DNA from: Octopus vulgaris
Lineage: Eukaryota
DNA length: 64,000 bases
Assembly: GCA_951406725.2 (NCBI GenBank)
Contig: OX597827.1
Span: 44,578,001 to 44,642,000 of the forward strand
Direction: 5' to 3'
Shown here in pieces: positions 1-13,545 of the stretch. Numbering within the stretch: position 1 is the stretch's first letter; each line of letters opens with the position of its first letter. A program made the translations under genes and the position numbers. Under the pieces are notes generated by a model. That model was not told where the DNA came from. It made no database searches and saw nothing but the letters and a program-made list of their open reading frames with translations.

Positions 1-301
1 GCATATATATATATATATGTATGTGCGTATACATATGACACGTGTGTACATGTGCTAGTGCGTATGTGTGTGTTCGTGTACAAGTGCACGTGTGTGTATC
101 TAAATCACAACTTTCAACACCTTTCCTACCGCCCTTTCCGTTCATATAAGACACCCCCCTGTATATATCGGGCTTCTAACTAAATCATATTAACGAAAGT
201 TAAGGGACCATTTTGTATAAAATTTTCCATTCTGTGATAGAGCCATAATTACTGCAATCCAGTAATGTGAAAGGCGGGGAGAGTGTACCAAATTATTTTT
301 A

Positions 302-355
<54 letters not shown>

Positions 356-672
356 TATAAAGTGGTATACCACAAACATATGAAGATCGTGAGAGATGGA
401 CTAAGAAGAAATAAAATGCGTTTAGCTGGGCGAACAATTTGCAGGAAATAATCAAGTCAAGGTTAATTATCATTTCACTCTGAACAATAATCGATTTTAG
501 AGATGGCAGAGGTGGTCGGAGCTAACTTGCGTTTAAAGGCGGCAACAAGGCAGTAAAGAACCAAAAAAAGAAAGACGAAACAAAATACGGATTTCATTCG
601 ACAAAGAAAGAAATCTATAAAGGTCAATATACCTTTATAACGTAATAATATTAACAATAATAATTCTCTCTA

Positions 673-836
673 ATTTTGGTACTAGGCCAGCAATTTATGA
701 GAGGAGAGGCCAAATCAATTATATCGACCTCAATACTTGACTGGTACTTCATCTTACTTCAAAATGTAAAAGAGCCGGAATAATGCCGCTAAGCATTTTA
801 TCCGACGCGCTAATAAATTCTGCCAGCTAACTGCCT
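673..836 (-). mobile_element. tRNA-derived SINE, family B (Meta-domain-like body), internally deleted
   Basis: Aligns by eye to copies at 875-1086, 18842-19045 and 49105-49322 (ctggtactt...gctaagcatt...ttctgccagct). Confidence 0.75.
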
Positions 837-874
837 TTATAATAAAAACCCTTTCTGTCATATATACAAAAGGC

Positions 875-1086
875 AAAAGGCCTGAAATTTGGGAGGAGGG
901 GGGGACTGGTCGATGATATCGAACCCCAATACTCGACTGATACTTATTTTATCGACCTCAAAAATGATGAAAGACAAAGCCGACTTCGATGGAATCTGAA
1001 CTCCGAATGAATGTAAAGAGCTGGGGGGGAAGTGCTGCTAAGCATTTTTGTCCGACGCGGTTAACGATTCTGCTAGGTCGCCGCCT
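875..1086 (-). mobile_element. tRNA-derived SINE, family B
   Basis: Minus strand reads GGCGGCGACCTAGCAGAATCGTT...GGAGTTCAGATTCC...GTCGGCTTTGTCTTTCATC...GGTCGATAAAATAAGTATCAG. CpGs are retained. Confidence 0.8.
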
Positions 1087-1167
1087 AAATAATAAATTGA
1101 TCGCAACGGAGAACAAACGGAACAAAAAAAATACAATAAATATATTCCCAGTTAACTGATTAATTAG

Positions 1168-1213
<46 letters not shown>

Positions 1214-3496
1214 ACCCCAGTATGGCCGCACGCAATCCCAATGATTGACACTGACATGTAAAAGATATATATTTGTTGTCGCTAATATGAAGATTGCAGG
1301 ATATTTAGTAGATTCCTTGTTCGTTCGTTGACATAGTTTTTTTTTCTTTTTAATTCCGACATCAGTTGAAAATATAACTACCATATTTTTCTCGCTCTTC
1401 CCCATCCTTTGTCTCTTAGACTTACACACGCATAGAAATTTTGAAAATGAAAAAAAAAAAATATTTCTATTGTATATATTAAAACGAACAAAAAAAAAAA
1501 CACTTGAACTGCTATGAATTTCGAATTACATATAACAAGTGTGGAAACAGAATCTTTTTGGTTTTTTTAAATGCATTAAATTACAGATTTTAAATTTGAA
1601 TTGCAGTAAATTAGGGTTAGAAATACTATCATTGGTAAGTTTCGGGCCTAAACTGAAGGCGCAGAGTGAATAGAGGATTTTAAAAGGGAGAGATCCGTTT
1701 GAATCGGACAAGGCAAAACTACACACATGGTAAAATTTCTAGCCAGCTTTTTATACACACATATCACACACGTATAAACACACACGTGTGTTTATGGAGA
1801 TTTATATACATATATATTGTATGTATGTGTGTATGTGTATATATATATATATATATAACACATATTAATCCAGTATAACGCAGTCGCTCACATATATGTA
1901 CATATGTATATATAATCTGTATATATATATATATATATTTATGTGTGCGTGTGTGTGTGTATCACCACTGCCAGCCACCATCAGTACGGCAACCAACCAA
2001 CAATGCTTTGCTTTCTTTCATATAGTGTTTGGCTCACTTGGCTTTCGCTCTTTTATAATGAATATAATAATGGCACAGTGGAATCGCTCTTAAATTGGCC
2101 ACCGTGCCTGCTGGATGGCGCTGAAGCTGATGATCTAAGCTTAGCTGTATTGTGTGTTGTTTGGTTTATTTAGCATGGCATGCCATGGCACTGAAGGATT
2201 CACCACTTTCCTACTTAGAGATTTTCCTTTCGCGCTGTCGATCGCTTTATTTTTTTTTTATATATACACAAATATACATGCATGTGCGTATTATATATAT
2301 ATGTGTATATATGCAAGTGCCTGTTTGTGTATTCTTGCGTGTGGTTATTATCACAATGTGTTTATGAGCCTTTCGTGCGCTTCTAAACAATAGAGTGAAT
2401 AATTTGGAATATATAATATACATACACGCTTTAAGTACAACTTGTATTATTACTTTTTGTTTCTAGATTTTTAAATCATCGATGAAACTTAGAAAAGGAA
2501 AGTCCACAACCGAGAAGACAAATCTACATATGTATGTGTATGTATGTATGTAAATGTGTGTGAGAAAAAGACAGAGAGCGTATGTAGATATGCATATGTA
2601 TATATATATGAAGTCGAAAAAGACTGAACTGCATGTTTTAAGTTGGAAAACTCTCTCCCAGTTTGATTAATTTGAATGGCGAAGAGTGGAAATGGAGTGA
2701 TAGGAAGTAAAAGATTGTGGAATGGAAGTGCATTTAGCCGCCGTCAGCCTTGGTGATTACCCCCCCCCCCACTCTCCATTCTCGCTTTCTACATCTTGCT
2801 ATCACCACGCTTACCATACTATACCACCACCACCAGCATAGAAAGAATCGCTACCGTTGCGATTTAAAGAGCCATTATGATGATCAGCATCATCACAACC
2901 ACCATCACCACCTCCTCCTCCTCCTCCTCCTTTTTGCCCCACTAGCGAGACTAAAGCCTCAACAAGGTCGTACCCTCATGCTCGACATAGCAGCCTAATT
3001 TACATAAAAAACTACGAACTGCTATCATGAACTGGAGGAAAAGAAAAACAGGAAGAGCACACAGAAAGAATATCGTAGCCCCAGATGAATAAGACGGGAA
3101 GGTTTAGGCTCGAACGTGTTTAGACCAGACTAGGGATGAACATCAACATTAGCAACGGCCAACCATCACCATCATCAACAACTACGGTCATTATACATAC
3201 ATATAGATATACAAACTAATTCGCTAATTTAGGAGTTGATTCCTTTAGTGTAGTATATTTTGATCAATACATCCAAACACTGAAGTTTACACTATATAAA
3301 CACATATCTTTTAGTGGGATCCTAGTTATTGTACTGCGGCCATGCTGGGGCATCGTCTTCACGCAAAACATTATACATAATGCATACACATAACCATATC
3401 GCTTTAGATATTTGTCTAAACGCATCTGATCACAATGAAATCATAATGAAAATCTTCGTTTGCACAGATGTAACTATGATCCGAACACACATTTAC

Positions 3497-3502
3497 ATAC
3501 AT

Positions 3503-3597
<95 letters not shown>
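3497..3597. repeat. Compound microsatellite (CA)n(TA)n(GA)n, representative of dozens in the window
   Basis: Direct reading. Similar tracts at 305-350, 1170-1208, 5120-5204, 7725-7792 and 52038-52085 ((CAT)n). Confidence 0.95.
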
Positions 3598-3599
<2 letters not shown>

Positions 3600-5170
3600 A
3601 AAGCACAAAGAAGGCAAAACGGAAAGAACAAATAGAAAGGTGATTTAACAATTAATTAAATACATTAGACGACATCAAATAATTTTTTTGTTCCCAATCG
3701 ACAATTAATTCATTATATACGAAGCAGTCTTAGTATAGAATAGTATAAAGATATATGAATCGATGTTTTATATATTAAGTTTCTCTCCTGTAATCGGATG
3801 GTTTAATTTTTTCCCCTAGTTGGCGCCGTATTAATTTTAACCCTGTAAACTATAAAGTTGTGCTTCATAAACATATAGATAGATTATATATACACACACA
3901 CTACAGAGCTATCTATCAATATATATATACATAGATATATATGTATGTATATCTATATATATATATATATATATGAATATTCGAGATAATCAAGTTAAGA
4001 GCGATTGATTTACACACGAGATTGAATCTAATAAGAAAAGCGATGGCGGGCACCGCCGATGTTTCTTTATAGTATAACATAATCAAATACGACGACCGTC
4101 GCTGTCATCTTGACAAAATATAAATGTGTGTGTGTGTGTGTGTGCTTGGAATTTAAATGTAAATGGTTGAAGAGATTGGAATATTCATTTTAATTCTCTA
4201 TGATGATGATGGGAGTAAAAAGATTTTAGTAATGTGGAAAGGTAGAAGTGGGGAGGGCGAATAAAAAATAAAATATTTGGAGCGGGAGAGCTGCAAAGAG
4301 ATAATAGGAAAAGAGGGGGGGACACGACGCGCACTCACACAATCACTACACACATATATACACATATACGTGGGAATACAAACACATCAATACATAAACA
4401 TCTATTTTCTATACTTATATCATATATACTTACACACACACACATATATATATATATACACATTTACACGTGTATGTACAGAGAAACATTTGTCTACTAA
4501 AGATCTAAACTCCTTAATTAAAGAAGTATACTTATATGTATATGTGTGTGTGTGTGTGTCGATTATACAGATGCGTATATTATATACATTTACAGTGTAA
4601 ATATGCATCCAGAAATCCAAAAACAATATATAATACAGCTCTTAGGCATTTACATACTTGAACATAAGCAGTGGAAAATATTTAAAAGACGAAAAACAGG
4701 AACAGAGTTAAGCAACACTAACAGCAATTAATAAATCATATTTAAGAAATTTATGTGTGTGTGTTACATAGTTCATATAATAATAACGGGTTGAAAAGAA
4801 TGATACAGCATTAAGCAAAATACGAAAATATAAATACATATAAATATTGCACATATATACATAGATTTCAACGGCAAGTGCTCCAGCATTGGCTTAGCCT
4901 TCATGGCCAAACCGAACTTGAAAACACACATAATTCGATATATATACATAAGTATAAGAATATATATGTATATATAGACACACGATATAAAACGATACAC
5001 ATATAAATGAATGTATAGATAATAATAAATATATATACCTTGATAAAACCGATAATTTAAAAGCAGGGGTAAAAATATATCCTCTGTCAGCGGTCGACTT
5101 TTAATAATTATCTTTTCCTCTCTTTCTCTCTCCCTCCCTCTCTCTTTCGTTCTCTTTCTTTCTCACTCAC

Positions 5171-5208
<38 letters not shown>

Positions 5209-6547
5209 GGTTTTTGTTATAGTTTCCTCTCTTTTCACGCTTCTTCCACAGATTGGTTAATTGGTTGGGGGGGAGTATGGATTTTTGCGGTGGAGGGGGT
5301 ATTTTGTTGTATTTTTTTTTTCTTTTCTGTTACTCTGTTACAGAAACAATTAAATTCCTTTTTTTTTTTGTTGTTATTTTTTTTTCAAATTTGAAATTAA
5401 ATAAATTCCTTTTCAGACGAAAAAATTCATTCCTTTCACTCCGTATATAAATATACAATATATGATATAGACATATATCTATACATATATATATATGTAT
5501 TATATATATAATTTTTTTCCTTGCTTCAATAAACAAAGCTACATAATATATATTTCTATATATAAAACGATTATTATAATTTTTTTTCCTTTCCGTTCCG
5601 TTCTTTGTTTTCAATAAACAAAAAAAGCTCAATCGCCCCCAAAAAAAATAACCGAGCGAACGAGCAAAGCCCCCAGAATATCCGAGACGAGCCGAGCAAA
5701 GCCGAACCTCGTTTCGTTAATAGTTATTAAAAGCCAACTACTTTGTTTTTGTTTTTCCTGCTTTTGTTTTTACTTTGTTTTATTTTTTCTTTTCCTCCTC
5801 TCATTTCGTTTCTTTTTATTTTTCTTATAGTGTTTTTATTATTCTCGTACTACTCTAGATACCAAAACTACTTTCCATTTATTTGTAGTTTTTACCTAAA
5901 ATTACCACCACAGTAAATGCATCAAATATTACGTTTTTTCACATAAACTTAATTTATTTTTGATTTATGATATACATACGTATCGTCAAACAAAATATTA
6001 TTAATTATCATAATTATTTTCATTCCTCGTGAAGGAGGGGGAATCAACGGTTCTATGCTCTCCCTCTCATATATTTTCTTTCAAAATCTCGTCTTCGTGT
6101 TATCTTCTTAAATTTGCATTTTTTTTAGAACTTCGAATTTGCTTTTTCGTAATATCTTTATAAATATATATCAAATTTATATTTCGGTTATATTTCTTAT
6201 TATTTGAAATTCCTTTTACTAAAATTATCACAACTTTGCAACCGTAACTAAAACGTCTCCCTCTCTCTTTAAAAATCTCCTCTGCCTTCTCCGCGGTCCT
6301 TTTTTTTTATTTTTCCGTTTCGTTTCTTTTGTTTTCTCAAAAACCTGGACCTTAGCCGCCTCCCCCTTCCGCCTCTTCACCTCATTTACATCTCCTCCCC
6401 TCCACCTCATTTACATATCTCTCTTTAACAGTTTTTACTATTAACTAAATTATTGAACCTGTTACCAAAACAAAAAATGAAATAATTAGGAAGATAAATT
6501 TTTCAAATTCAGCTATATATATATATATTATTTTATTACTTTTTGAC

Positions 6548-7020
6548 ACGTTCTGAATTCAAATCGTGGGTGGGAGTCAACTTTGGCTTTCATCTTTACG
6601 GAGGTTGGAGATAAATCGATAAAATTAAGTAAATACCAATCATTTAACAGGGATCTCTTCTATTATAATTCCATTCGAAAATACATGTTTTAAAAGGATT
6701 AAGGAGTTCGTTAAATTTCTTCCAACCGCTTGAAGTATTTCAAATTTTCAGATTATTTTCAAAAATGTAGTTTTGCATGCAAATGACGAAAATCGCATTT
6801 CTTCCCCCCCCCCCCTAGAAATTAATAAATAAGTTACATCAGTTTAAAAACAAATTTTTTTAAAATGGTGAAAATTTGAAATACTTCAAGTGATTGGAAG
6901 AAATTTAACTAGATCCAGTCCAGGATTAAATTAACTGCATCTGTCTTATCCCTCCTGCCCGCCAAAAAGGAAAAATAAATAAATAAATATAACATTTGTG
7001 GCCCCTGTGCTTGTATTAGT
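6548..7020 (+). mobile_element. Old family B SINE interrupted by a long-TIR MITE
   Basis: GTTCTGAATTCAAAT...GTCAACTTTGGCTTTCATC...GATAAAATTAAGTA on the left; tail-like GGCCCCTGTGC on the right of the MITE. Confidence 0.5.
6710..6909. mobile_element. Foldback MITE with ~40-65 bp terminal inverted repeats
   Basis: GTTAAATTTCTTCCAACCGCTTGAAGTATTTCAAATTTTCA (6710-6750) is the near-perfect reverse complement of TGAAAATTTGAAATACTTCAAGTGATTGGAAGAAATTTAAC (6869-6909). Confidence 0.75.
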
Positions 7021-7490
7021 AATTGATAATAGTAATTGAGAGTTTTGAATTATATTTCCACACTTAAATTTATTACTTTTACTCTTTATTTTATATATTT
7101 AATTATCTAGCCTTAAACTTACGATATTGCAAATCACAATTCAAAAATGTTTTAAAAATCATAATTTTTTTGAAAATATTCGACAGCAGCATTGCTTTCA
7201 GACTTGTTGTCAACACAACTATTATTATTAGTAATACTGTTGTTGTTAATGTAAATTTTCTTTTAATTGAATCTTACTTAATTCCAAATAAATTATCGTA
7301 CAATAATATTTATTTATTTTTAAGTATTTTTTAGTTGTCAGCAAAGACGAGACCGGGGCGTTTAAAGGTTTTATTTATTTGATTATTTTTTATTATTTTT
7401 TTGCTGCTGCGCTGTGCTGCTTGTTAACATTTATTTCTGCTATTCTGTGTTCCGTGCCTTGTTTTTGAATTGTTGAGAAAATCCTTAAGT

Positions 7491-7529
7491 ATGGCGGACG
7501 TGAAAGCATTGGAGCACCCCACTCTTAAG
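7491..7529 (+). CDS. MAEA: First coding exon of MAEA (macrophage erythroblast attacher, CTLH/GID E3 ligase subunit, Gid9/Fyv10 orthologue)
   Basis: ATGGCGGACGTGAAAGCATTGGAGCACCCCACTCTTAAG translates to MADVKALEHPTLK, followed by donor AAG|GTAAAC (phase 0). It matches the conserved MAEA N-terminal motif E(H/Y)PTLKVPYE. Start context AGTATGG; lies in the CpG-rich zone. Only 13 codons, so identity rests on motif recognition. Confidence 0.85.
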
Positions 7530-7745
7530 GTAAACTATTAAATAAACCCTCATTCCATATTCGTATGCCATTTCAGAGAAAGGACAGACAGACAGTATGT
7601 GTGAGTAACCAGAACCGACACACCCAGACAGTCTGCTTGTCTTGGGGTTCGAGATATCTCAGTAAATATAGAGTAAGATTAAAATTCTTCGCTTGTGTTT
7701 GCCACCTTGGATACGATGAGACTCATATATATATATATATATATA

Positions 7746-7793
<48 letters not shown>

Positions 7794-8713
7794 CATCCAA
7801 CAATAACAATAAAACTTTGTTTTATTAAGTGGTATTGTTTATGAATGATATAAATATATCAACGCTTTAATGAAATAAATGTGAACACTAAGTTCTTGGT
7901 TCGAATCGTTCTTAGGGTGGTTTGCTCGACAAGCATAGGAATAAGAATGTGTACATAGTCCGTAGATTCTAAGGACTTAATATGAATTCTATTCATTCAT
8001 CCATCCTGTGTGAAAAAGACAAGAACAATTATTAGTTTGTTCTTTTCGAAAGAAACTGAACGAAACTTATGTAACGTTATGTTTTAAGGATTTTTATTAT
8101 TTTAGCCCACTCGATGCAGTGTTCGAATCCAATCAGGGGGTTCAAAGTGTCTCTCATCCTTCACTGGGTATTCGTACACACGTAGATAGACGTAATAGGT
8201 AATATATAGGGTATGTCTATAAGCCATTTTATCAACGTTATACACTCAAAACAAAGAAGAGTGTGTATGTTTATTTAGACTTGTCTCATCATTATATGCC
8301 GTTTATATAAAAATTAACTTTTCTTTTAGTTAACCTTTTTGGAAAAAAATTCCTTCTGGGAAAAATAAATAAAATGGTATATATAGTTAAAGAAATCAAC
8401 AATAAAGAAAAACAATTTTAAAGAATCGTCATCCAAGAACTTAATCAGCTGTTTGATAAGTTCTTCCACATTGACGAATCGTTGACATATATATATGTAT
8501 GTGTGTGTATATATGTATATTCTAAGTTATTTATTAATAACTTCTAAATTGGCTTTGAATAATTTTTATTTTTTTGTCCTTTTCGGTAAAAAAAAATGAA
8601 AGAAAGCATCTTAAACTTAACTGGTTATTATGCATATTATTTCTGTTTATTATTCATAATTCCTTTGATTTGGGAGTTCTGTTCTGTTAAGATTCATTTT
8701 CTAAATTTCTATG

Positions 8714-8753
<40 letters not shown>

Positions 8754-9559
8754 GCATTCAGTTGTCTCTTGCATATTACAAACGGTAAAAATCTACCAAG
8801 TCTTCTGAAACGTGTCTTTTTACTCAAATAACAAGTAAAGAAATATTAATAATGATAATAATGTTTATCATAATTATTATAATTCCAATGAGACATTTCT
8901 GAATCTTAAAAATCTAAGAGGTTTCTTTTTCTTTCTCTTCTGAATGTATTTATTTACATAGTTTATTGTTATCATGTTGTCTATATAATAATATCCACTT
9001 CTGCTTCTATTTTTTTTTTTTTATCATTTCTCAACTGACAAATTTACGTTTCAATTCATAAACTGTCATATAAAGCAATTTTAATTCGTGTTTTTCTTTG
9101 AGGTCGGGAAGCTTATTTTACCTATAATAATAATAATAATTAACGAATTATTATCTTTACTATTTCTTATTTTTTTTTACTAAACAAGAGAATAAAGCAT
9201 GATCAGATGGAATATTGATTGTAACCACGTGAGAATTTATATTATACGATTTCTCTTCCAATCCGGACAAAATAAATTCCGAGACGAGAGTCAGCCTCCA
9301 CGGTACCGGCTTTTAGCACTAGCTTATGTTAGTAGAGTTACCATTAGGTATTATTATAGCTAGACGATTTGGTTATTGTTGAATGACGTTTACCACTCAC
9401 TAGAATCGGACTAATAACTCGGTTAATCTAAAGAACGACATCGTAAAGGTGATGTACATTTATATTTGTGTATACATATGTATGTGTGTGTGTGTGTACA
9501 TTTATATCTGTGCATATATGTGTGTATACATGTTTACTGTAGGTATAGCTGTGTATACG

Positions 9560-9960
9560 TATGTCTCTGTATAGCTATGTATATATATATATATATATAA
9601 TGCATAGCTGTGTATGTCTATGTATAACTACTTGTATGTATATGTATGTGTTTACATCTGTTATATATCTGTGGATGTGTGTGTTTGCCTGTGTGTATAT
9701 CTATGTATGTGTGCATATGTCTATATCAATAATTGTGTTTATGGAAATCAATGTATATGTATATCTCTGTATAGCTATGTATATATACGTATGCTTAGCT
9801 ATGTAAATATATCTATGTATAACTACTTGTATGTATATGTATGTGTTTACATCCGTTATATATCTGTGGATGTATGTGTGTATACCTGTGTATATTCTAT
9901 GATGTATGTGTGTATATGTCTGTATATCAATAACTATGTTTATGGAAATCTATGTATGGC
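9560..9960. repeat. ~195-bp tandem duplication within degenerate (TA/TG)n low-complexity DNA
   Basis: TCTATGTATAACTACTTGTATGTATATGTATGTGTTTACATC and TTTATGGAAATC each occur twice about 195-200 bp apart. Confidence 0.75.
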
Positions 9961-10589
9961 TATATATATCTATTTGCACATCTTTGTGTGTATGTGTTTA
10001 TATGCATGTGTGCATTTGTGCACCTGTATGTATGCCTGTATCCATGTATGTATGTATATATATATATATATATATGTATGAGCAATATCTGCAATGTCTA
10101 AAACAAACCAATGAAAAGACCCACAGACACTGAACAGAAGACCAGAGCTTAAAATATGTAATGTCATGGGAGGTAAAAGATTCGGCAATGGACAAGGCTT
10201 TTCCAATCTTAATAACATAAATCACCAAGATTGAACAACAACAACAGCAAACATACATGTACCTATTTGTGAAGAAATGATTTCATAACAAACTTGGATC
10301 TTGCTATAATATGTCAGTCAATGGGCAGAGAACCTCCGTGTTTAGAAAAGAACAAACTATGTCATCCTTAATCAGCTGAGGGTTCAGTTTTAATATATTA
10401 TTATTATTACACAATTCAAACTTGCTGGATCTATAACCAACAGGTCTGAGGTTCGCATCTAGATTACAGTATCCAATATTTCATTGTGCTTTTTCATGCA
10501 TGCATATCTTTATGTACATATGTATACCTGGCTCTGTGTATATAACAACCAGAAGTTGTTATATACTCAAGGTCGCAATGTACTTTGAA

Positions 10590-11150
10590 TTCTTTCTTCA
10601 TTGCGCCTTTCTTTGTTTAACTAAATTGTTTCCCCATTGTCTTGGAGACCGACTGAGAAGTTTGTTCTGATTTCATTGGTATCACTTGGCAACTTGGAAA
10701 TGTCCACTTCTTATCAGTGAACCTTCTGACTTGTCCAACTTAGAGGAATTTGTGCTTTTGGTATTCTGCAATCATGATATTTAATCCATTCTATTCATAA
10801 ATTACCTCACTTTAGATATACTCTCGCCATGGGCCTTTGGATTGTAGCTCATCACAGTTCTTTCATTTTCATTATAGCCCATATCTCACTTGTGCATAAG
10901 AACACAGGGAGAGCCTAGCATGTAGGGTCTTGTCTAGCCTTGCTTTGAGCACATCATTTATCAAGATAAATACCTTCCTCTTGCCTTTATTCTCTATGAG
11001 ATTTCAGCATCCATGTCTCAGTGCATATTTACTGCATGCCACACTCAAGTACACGTACTTCTTTACCTTGATTTCACTACTCCACATATTTATTCAGCTT
11101 TGTCCTATGTCTTCAGGCTGTTTCCCTGTCTTCCTGGGAGACATCGGCTG
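10590..11150 (-). mobile_element. Degenerate RTE-clade LINE 3' ORF fragment
   Basis: Minus-strand frameshifted peptides KVKKYVYLS, ALPVFLCTSEIWAI and ATIQRPMARVYLKV resemble the RTE motifs YxYLG, LPxLLYGSETW and QRAMERxMLGV. Confidence 0.6.
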
Positions 11151-11399
11151 TCATCAGAACACATTGTATGTCATGTCACCACATTCCTGTGACTTTATCA
11201 GAGAGCACACAGTTGATGGATCTTATAGTGACCATGACCAAGATACAATTGCTCCTGTCTAACAAGCGTTACATGAGTACCATAAGGAAGGAGATAAAGT
11301 TCAATTATGCAAACAGCTGTATGAATAGCTAACAAAGTACTGGACTCATATTTCTTGTTTGAGTTGCTTAGGAAGAAGGTAGCTGATCCTTCTTGGATA

Positions 11400-12070
11400 C
11401 ACTTTATTAAGAATTGTTTTCAAAGCTTACTTCTGTTTTACACTGATTTCCATTTTCTAACTATTTCCCTACCTTTTCTTCTGTGATTGAAATATTTGTT
11501 CTGCTTCTATCTTCTAAGCCTCCACATTTACTACTTGCTTCACCATTTCATGCTCTCAACAAAACTCCTTCCCAACTTTTCTTTTCCAGATCCCTAGTTT
11601 CACCTGCACATTCATAGTCATCACCTGAAAAAGCACTTAATCACTCCAGGCTGATCAGTCTCATCGGTATCCCTTTTATTACCCTCAAACTATCTTCTCT
11701 AAAACTAGCTCTTATCCTTGTCATTCACTTCAGTTTAACTCCCTCTACACCAATCTATCCCAAAGAAAGGCAACCTCTCCGAGCTTGCCAACTGCTATTC
11801 CATTGCTCTCACTTCAAACTTATCGAAAATAAGTGAAGCAGTTATAAATAATCACCCCTTTTACCAACCTTGAATCTTTCACTGTTCTCAATCACTACCA
11901 TTCTGGCTTTCATATTGTCAGAACCACTGGAGACTTCCTCTCGTGTCTCACACAAGAATTCTTCCTTGCCTTTGAGAACCTCAGTGAAAGCAATGTTATT
12001 ACAGTTAGCATCTAAAATCTTTCATACTGATCTAACACTAGCAGGCTCGCTTGCTATGCTGCATTAAGGA
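11400..12070 (+). mobile_element. Degenerate CR1/Jockey-type LINE reverse transcriptase fragment
   Basis: Peptides KKGNLSELANCYSIALTSNLSKISEAVINN and LESFTVLNHYHSGFHIVRTTGD match the LINE RT motifs KKGDxxxxxNYRPIALTS and QxGFRxxRST. Frameshifted. Confidence 0.7.
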
Positions 12071-12253
12071 AACATTTACAAGAGTCCATTTGCTTCTTGC
12101 AAAAGGTTCCATGAATACAACTAATAACTTAATCAACAAACTTTATTAATCCTTTCAAATATACAAGATGAGGCTTTAACTTCAAATCCTTACCTATTTC
12201 GAAAACATCTAAAGCAAAATCAAAAAATACATATGCAGCTAATTCTCACAACC

Positions 12254-12567
12254 ATGTGGAGGCGCAGTGGTCCAGTGGTTAGGGCAGCGGATTGCAGTCA
12301 GAGGATTGCGGTTTCGATTCGCAGACCGGGCGTTGTGTGTGTTTATTGAGCGAAAACACCTAAAAGCTCCACGAGGCTCCGGCAGGGGGTGGTGGTGACC
12401 CCTGTTGTACTCTTTCGCCACAACTTTCTTTCACTCTCTCTTCCCGTTACTTGAGTAATGCTGTGATGGACTGGCGTCCCGTTCAGCTGGGGGGAAGACA
12501 TACGCCACAGAAACCGGGAAAGCGGACCCATGAGCCTGGCTAGGCTTGAAAAGGGCGTAAAAAAAAA
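12254..12567 (+). mobile_element. Full-length tRNA-derived SINE with poly(A) tail and TSD (family D, MESC-like body)
   Basis: A box TGGTCCAGTGG, B-box-like GGTTTCGATTCG, body GATGGACTGGCGTCCCGTTCAG...ACAGAAACCGGG, A-tail. TSD AATTCTCACAACC (12241-12253) / AATCCTCACAACC (12568-12580). Confidence 0.85.
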
Positions 12568-12784
12568 AATCCTCACAACCTAAAATTACTGGTCCTATGC
12601 CAATATTTGAAACCATTAATATTACTATTATTGTGATATTATTTCAGGTCTGTAAGGGTAGCACAAACAGTAATGCACTGAGCAGTAATTAATTTTTTTA
12701 ATTAATGGCCAAGTTCAAATCCTCCCAGTCAGCCTCAGCACTGCATTTTATTCCATTATTGATCTACATGAAATATTCACTGTG

Positions 12785-12988
12785 CCACTTGGTGCTGGTG
12801 CCATGTAAAAAGCACTAGTGATGGTGCCACATAAAAAGCACCCAGTATACTCTGTAACAAATTAGGAAGGACATCAAGCCAAAAACAGACTACGGAACCA
12901 GGTGCAGCCCTTGGCCTTACCAGCTCTTATCAAGCTGTCCAGCCCATGCAAGCATAAAAAATGGACATTAATTTGAGGATGAGGATGA
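12785..12988 (+). mobile_element. RTE 3'-tail element (family C), decayed
   Basis: TGCCATGTAAAAAGCAC repeats, TTAGGAAGGACATC, GTCCAGCCCATGCAAGCAT and a GAT-type tail, as in 38380-38578. Confidence 0.7.
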
Positions 12989-13149
12989 GTTTGATAAACT
13001 ATAGCTGCTCCTACACATTATTTGTCCATGTGTGTGTAGGTACAAATTATATCATGCAAACAAGGTCAAGGGACCACAGACTGACCAGGGTGCACTGAAA
13101 CCCAAGTAACAAGATATCACCAACAGAGCTTTTTACTTCATATATATAT

Positions 13150-13545
13150 TATTTGTTTCAGCCATTTGACTGCAGCCATGCTGGAGCACCACATTGAGGG
13201 GTTTTTAGTTGAACAAATCGACCCCAGGACTTATTTTTTAAACCTAGTACTTATTCTATCAGTCTCTTTTGGCTTAACTGCTAGGTTACAGGGACAAAAA
13301 TGTGCCAACACCAGTTGCCAAGCAGTGATGGGGGAACAAAACAGACACAAAGACACACACACATAGATATATACATATATATATATATATCCAACTTCTT
13401 TCAGTTTCTGTGTGCCAAATCCACTTGTTAGGCTTTGGCCTGCCCAAGGCTATAGTAGAATACACTAGCCCAAGGTGCCACGCAGTGGAACTGAACCTAC
13501 AACCATTTGGCTGGGAAAGAAGCTTCTTACCACACAACCATGTAT
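13150..13545 (-). mobile_element. tRNA-derived SINE, family A
   Basis: Full alignment to the family consensus (see 41628-42030), with an internal (CA)/(TA) microsatellite. Confidence 0.85.

Larger units (their letters stand above)
5000..7490. promoter_or_regulatory. CpG-retaining promoter/5'UTR region upstream of MAEA, possibly bidirectional
   Basis: Frequent CpG (e.g. 5630-5720, 6240-6380, 7340-7420), (CT)n tracts and few young TEs, directly upstream of the ATG exon. TSS not determinable. Confidence 0.45.

Noticed and set aside
2095-2135. LLDG peptide reminiscent of CtBP
   Set aside because: Only four residues match, the flanks do not resemble RPLVALLDGRDC, and no splice context is evident.
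9561-10258. Overlapping 75-155 aa ORFs rich in Y/I/C/V/M, and similar ORFs throughout the track
   Set aside because: Stop-poor translations of TA/TG microsatellites and SINEs, with no protein features.
12258-12330. tRNA-like sequences (also 41630-41700 and 44367-44440) as tRNA genes
   Set aside because: No complete cloverleaf or acceptor stem; each continues into a SINE body with tail and/or TSD.
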